From a virus (lineage: Duplodnaviria > Heunggongvirae > Uroviricota > Caudoviricetes), in IMG/VR virus record IMGVR_UViG_3300028805_000045: a stretch of DNA of 64,000 nucleotides; one strand, written 5' to 3'. Positions 63,434 to 64,000 of this stretch are shown here, in pieces (position 1 is the first letter of the stretch; every line of letters begins with the position of its first letter). Below the pieces are notes generated by a model. That model made no database searches. It was not told the DNA's origin and worked only from the letters and a program-made list of their open reading frames with translations. A program made the position numbers and the translations under genes.

Positions 63434-64000
63434 ATGAAAAGAAAATACTCTTTAGATTATTCAATCGACCGCGACATTGATAGAGTTGCCGCCGTAAAAG
63501 AAATATTAGATTCATTAGATACAGACCCCTCGGCTCTAGAATTAGAGTAGATGGGGTCTTATATATTATATGGAAAAGACGAAAATGGCCTAAACGCCGT
63601 TCAAAGAGGAGAAACTACAGACGGTAATAAACGTTACTCCTCATTCAAAAAAACTGACGATAAATTGCTTTCATTAGAAGAAATTTTAGAAAATCCTTTA
63701 ACCGATCAGTCTGAACTAAAACCCGCGCATCAAAAGCAAGCTTATACAAAGAAAAAGCCGACAATTGCGCGACCAAAGTACGACCGCAAAGGCAACCTAA
63801 TAGATCCCGGCGATTCTGACATTCCAGGCATGTAGGAACTATGGGACTGCATTGACCATATGGAACATGTAATTGCCGTAAATGAAGGTAAAGTGCCGCC
63901 AGACGAAAACACAACAATTTTAAAAGATAGTTATCGTCTCTATCAACTAAAACACAATTTAATAGATTTGCGCCGTCACCAATATTATTTGAAAGACGCC
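63434..64000 (+). CDS. Hypothetical phage protein, TAG-recoded, runs off the right edge
   Basis: MKRKYSLDYSIDRDIDR..LE(Q)MGSYILYGKD..IPGM(Q)ELWD..; TTGACA promoter at about 63364, GAGGTG RBS. Confidence 0.7.

Overview
AT-rich 64 kb segment of a large tailed phage, most likely infecting a Firmicute/Clostridia host (sigmaA-type promoters, strong AGGAGG RBSs, SpoIID, CIRCE). 1-21.7 kb: minus-strand tail/lysis module that looks shattered in the ORF track but becomes long intact genes (one ~3,040 aa) when TAG is read as Gln (code 15). 21.9-40.3 kb: deaminase, SpoIID, many small Cys-rich genes and a complete NAD+ salvage set (pnuC, NadR-type NMNAT, nadE, nadD, pncB, pncA). 40.3-42.5 kb: strand switch with duplicated hairpin/palindrome units next to a TAG-recoded SF2 helicase (candidate origin). 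43.07-61.73 kb is the most striking part: 41 copies of a 19-bp palindrome TTAGATGTT(W)AACATCTAA delimit about 40 self-contained cassettes (palindrome, 9 bp, sigmaA promoter, often a conserved leader hairpin, small gene or structured RNA, terminator that often has the stop codon in its loop), in both orientations. The array also holds four related structured RNAs and a tRNA-like RNA with no normal anticodon arm. It is followed by a non-coding cluster of host-type operator motifs including a perfect CIRCE. All calls were made by eye; family names come from motif recognition, not database searches.
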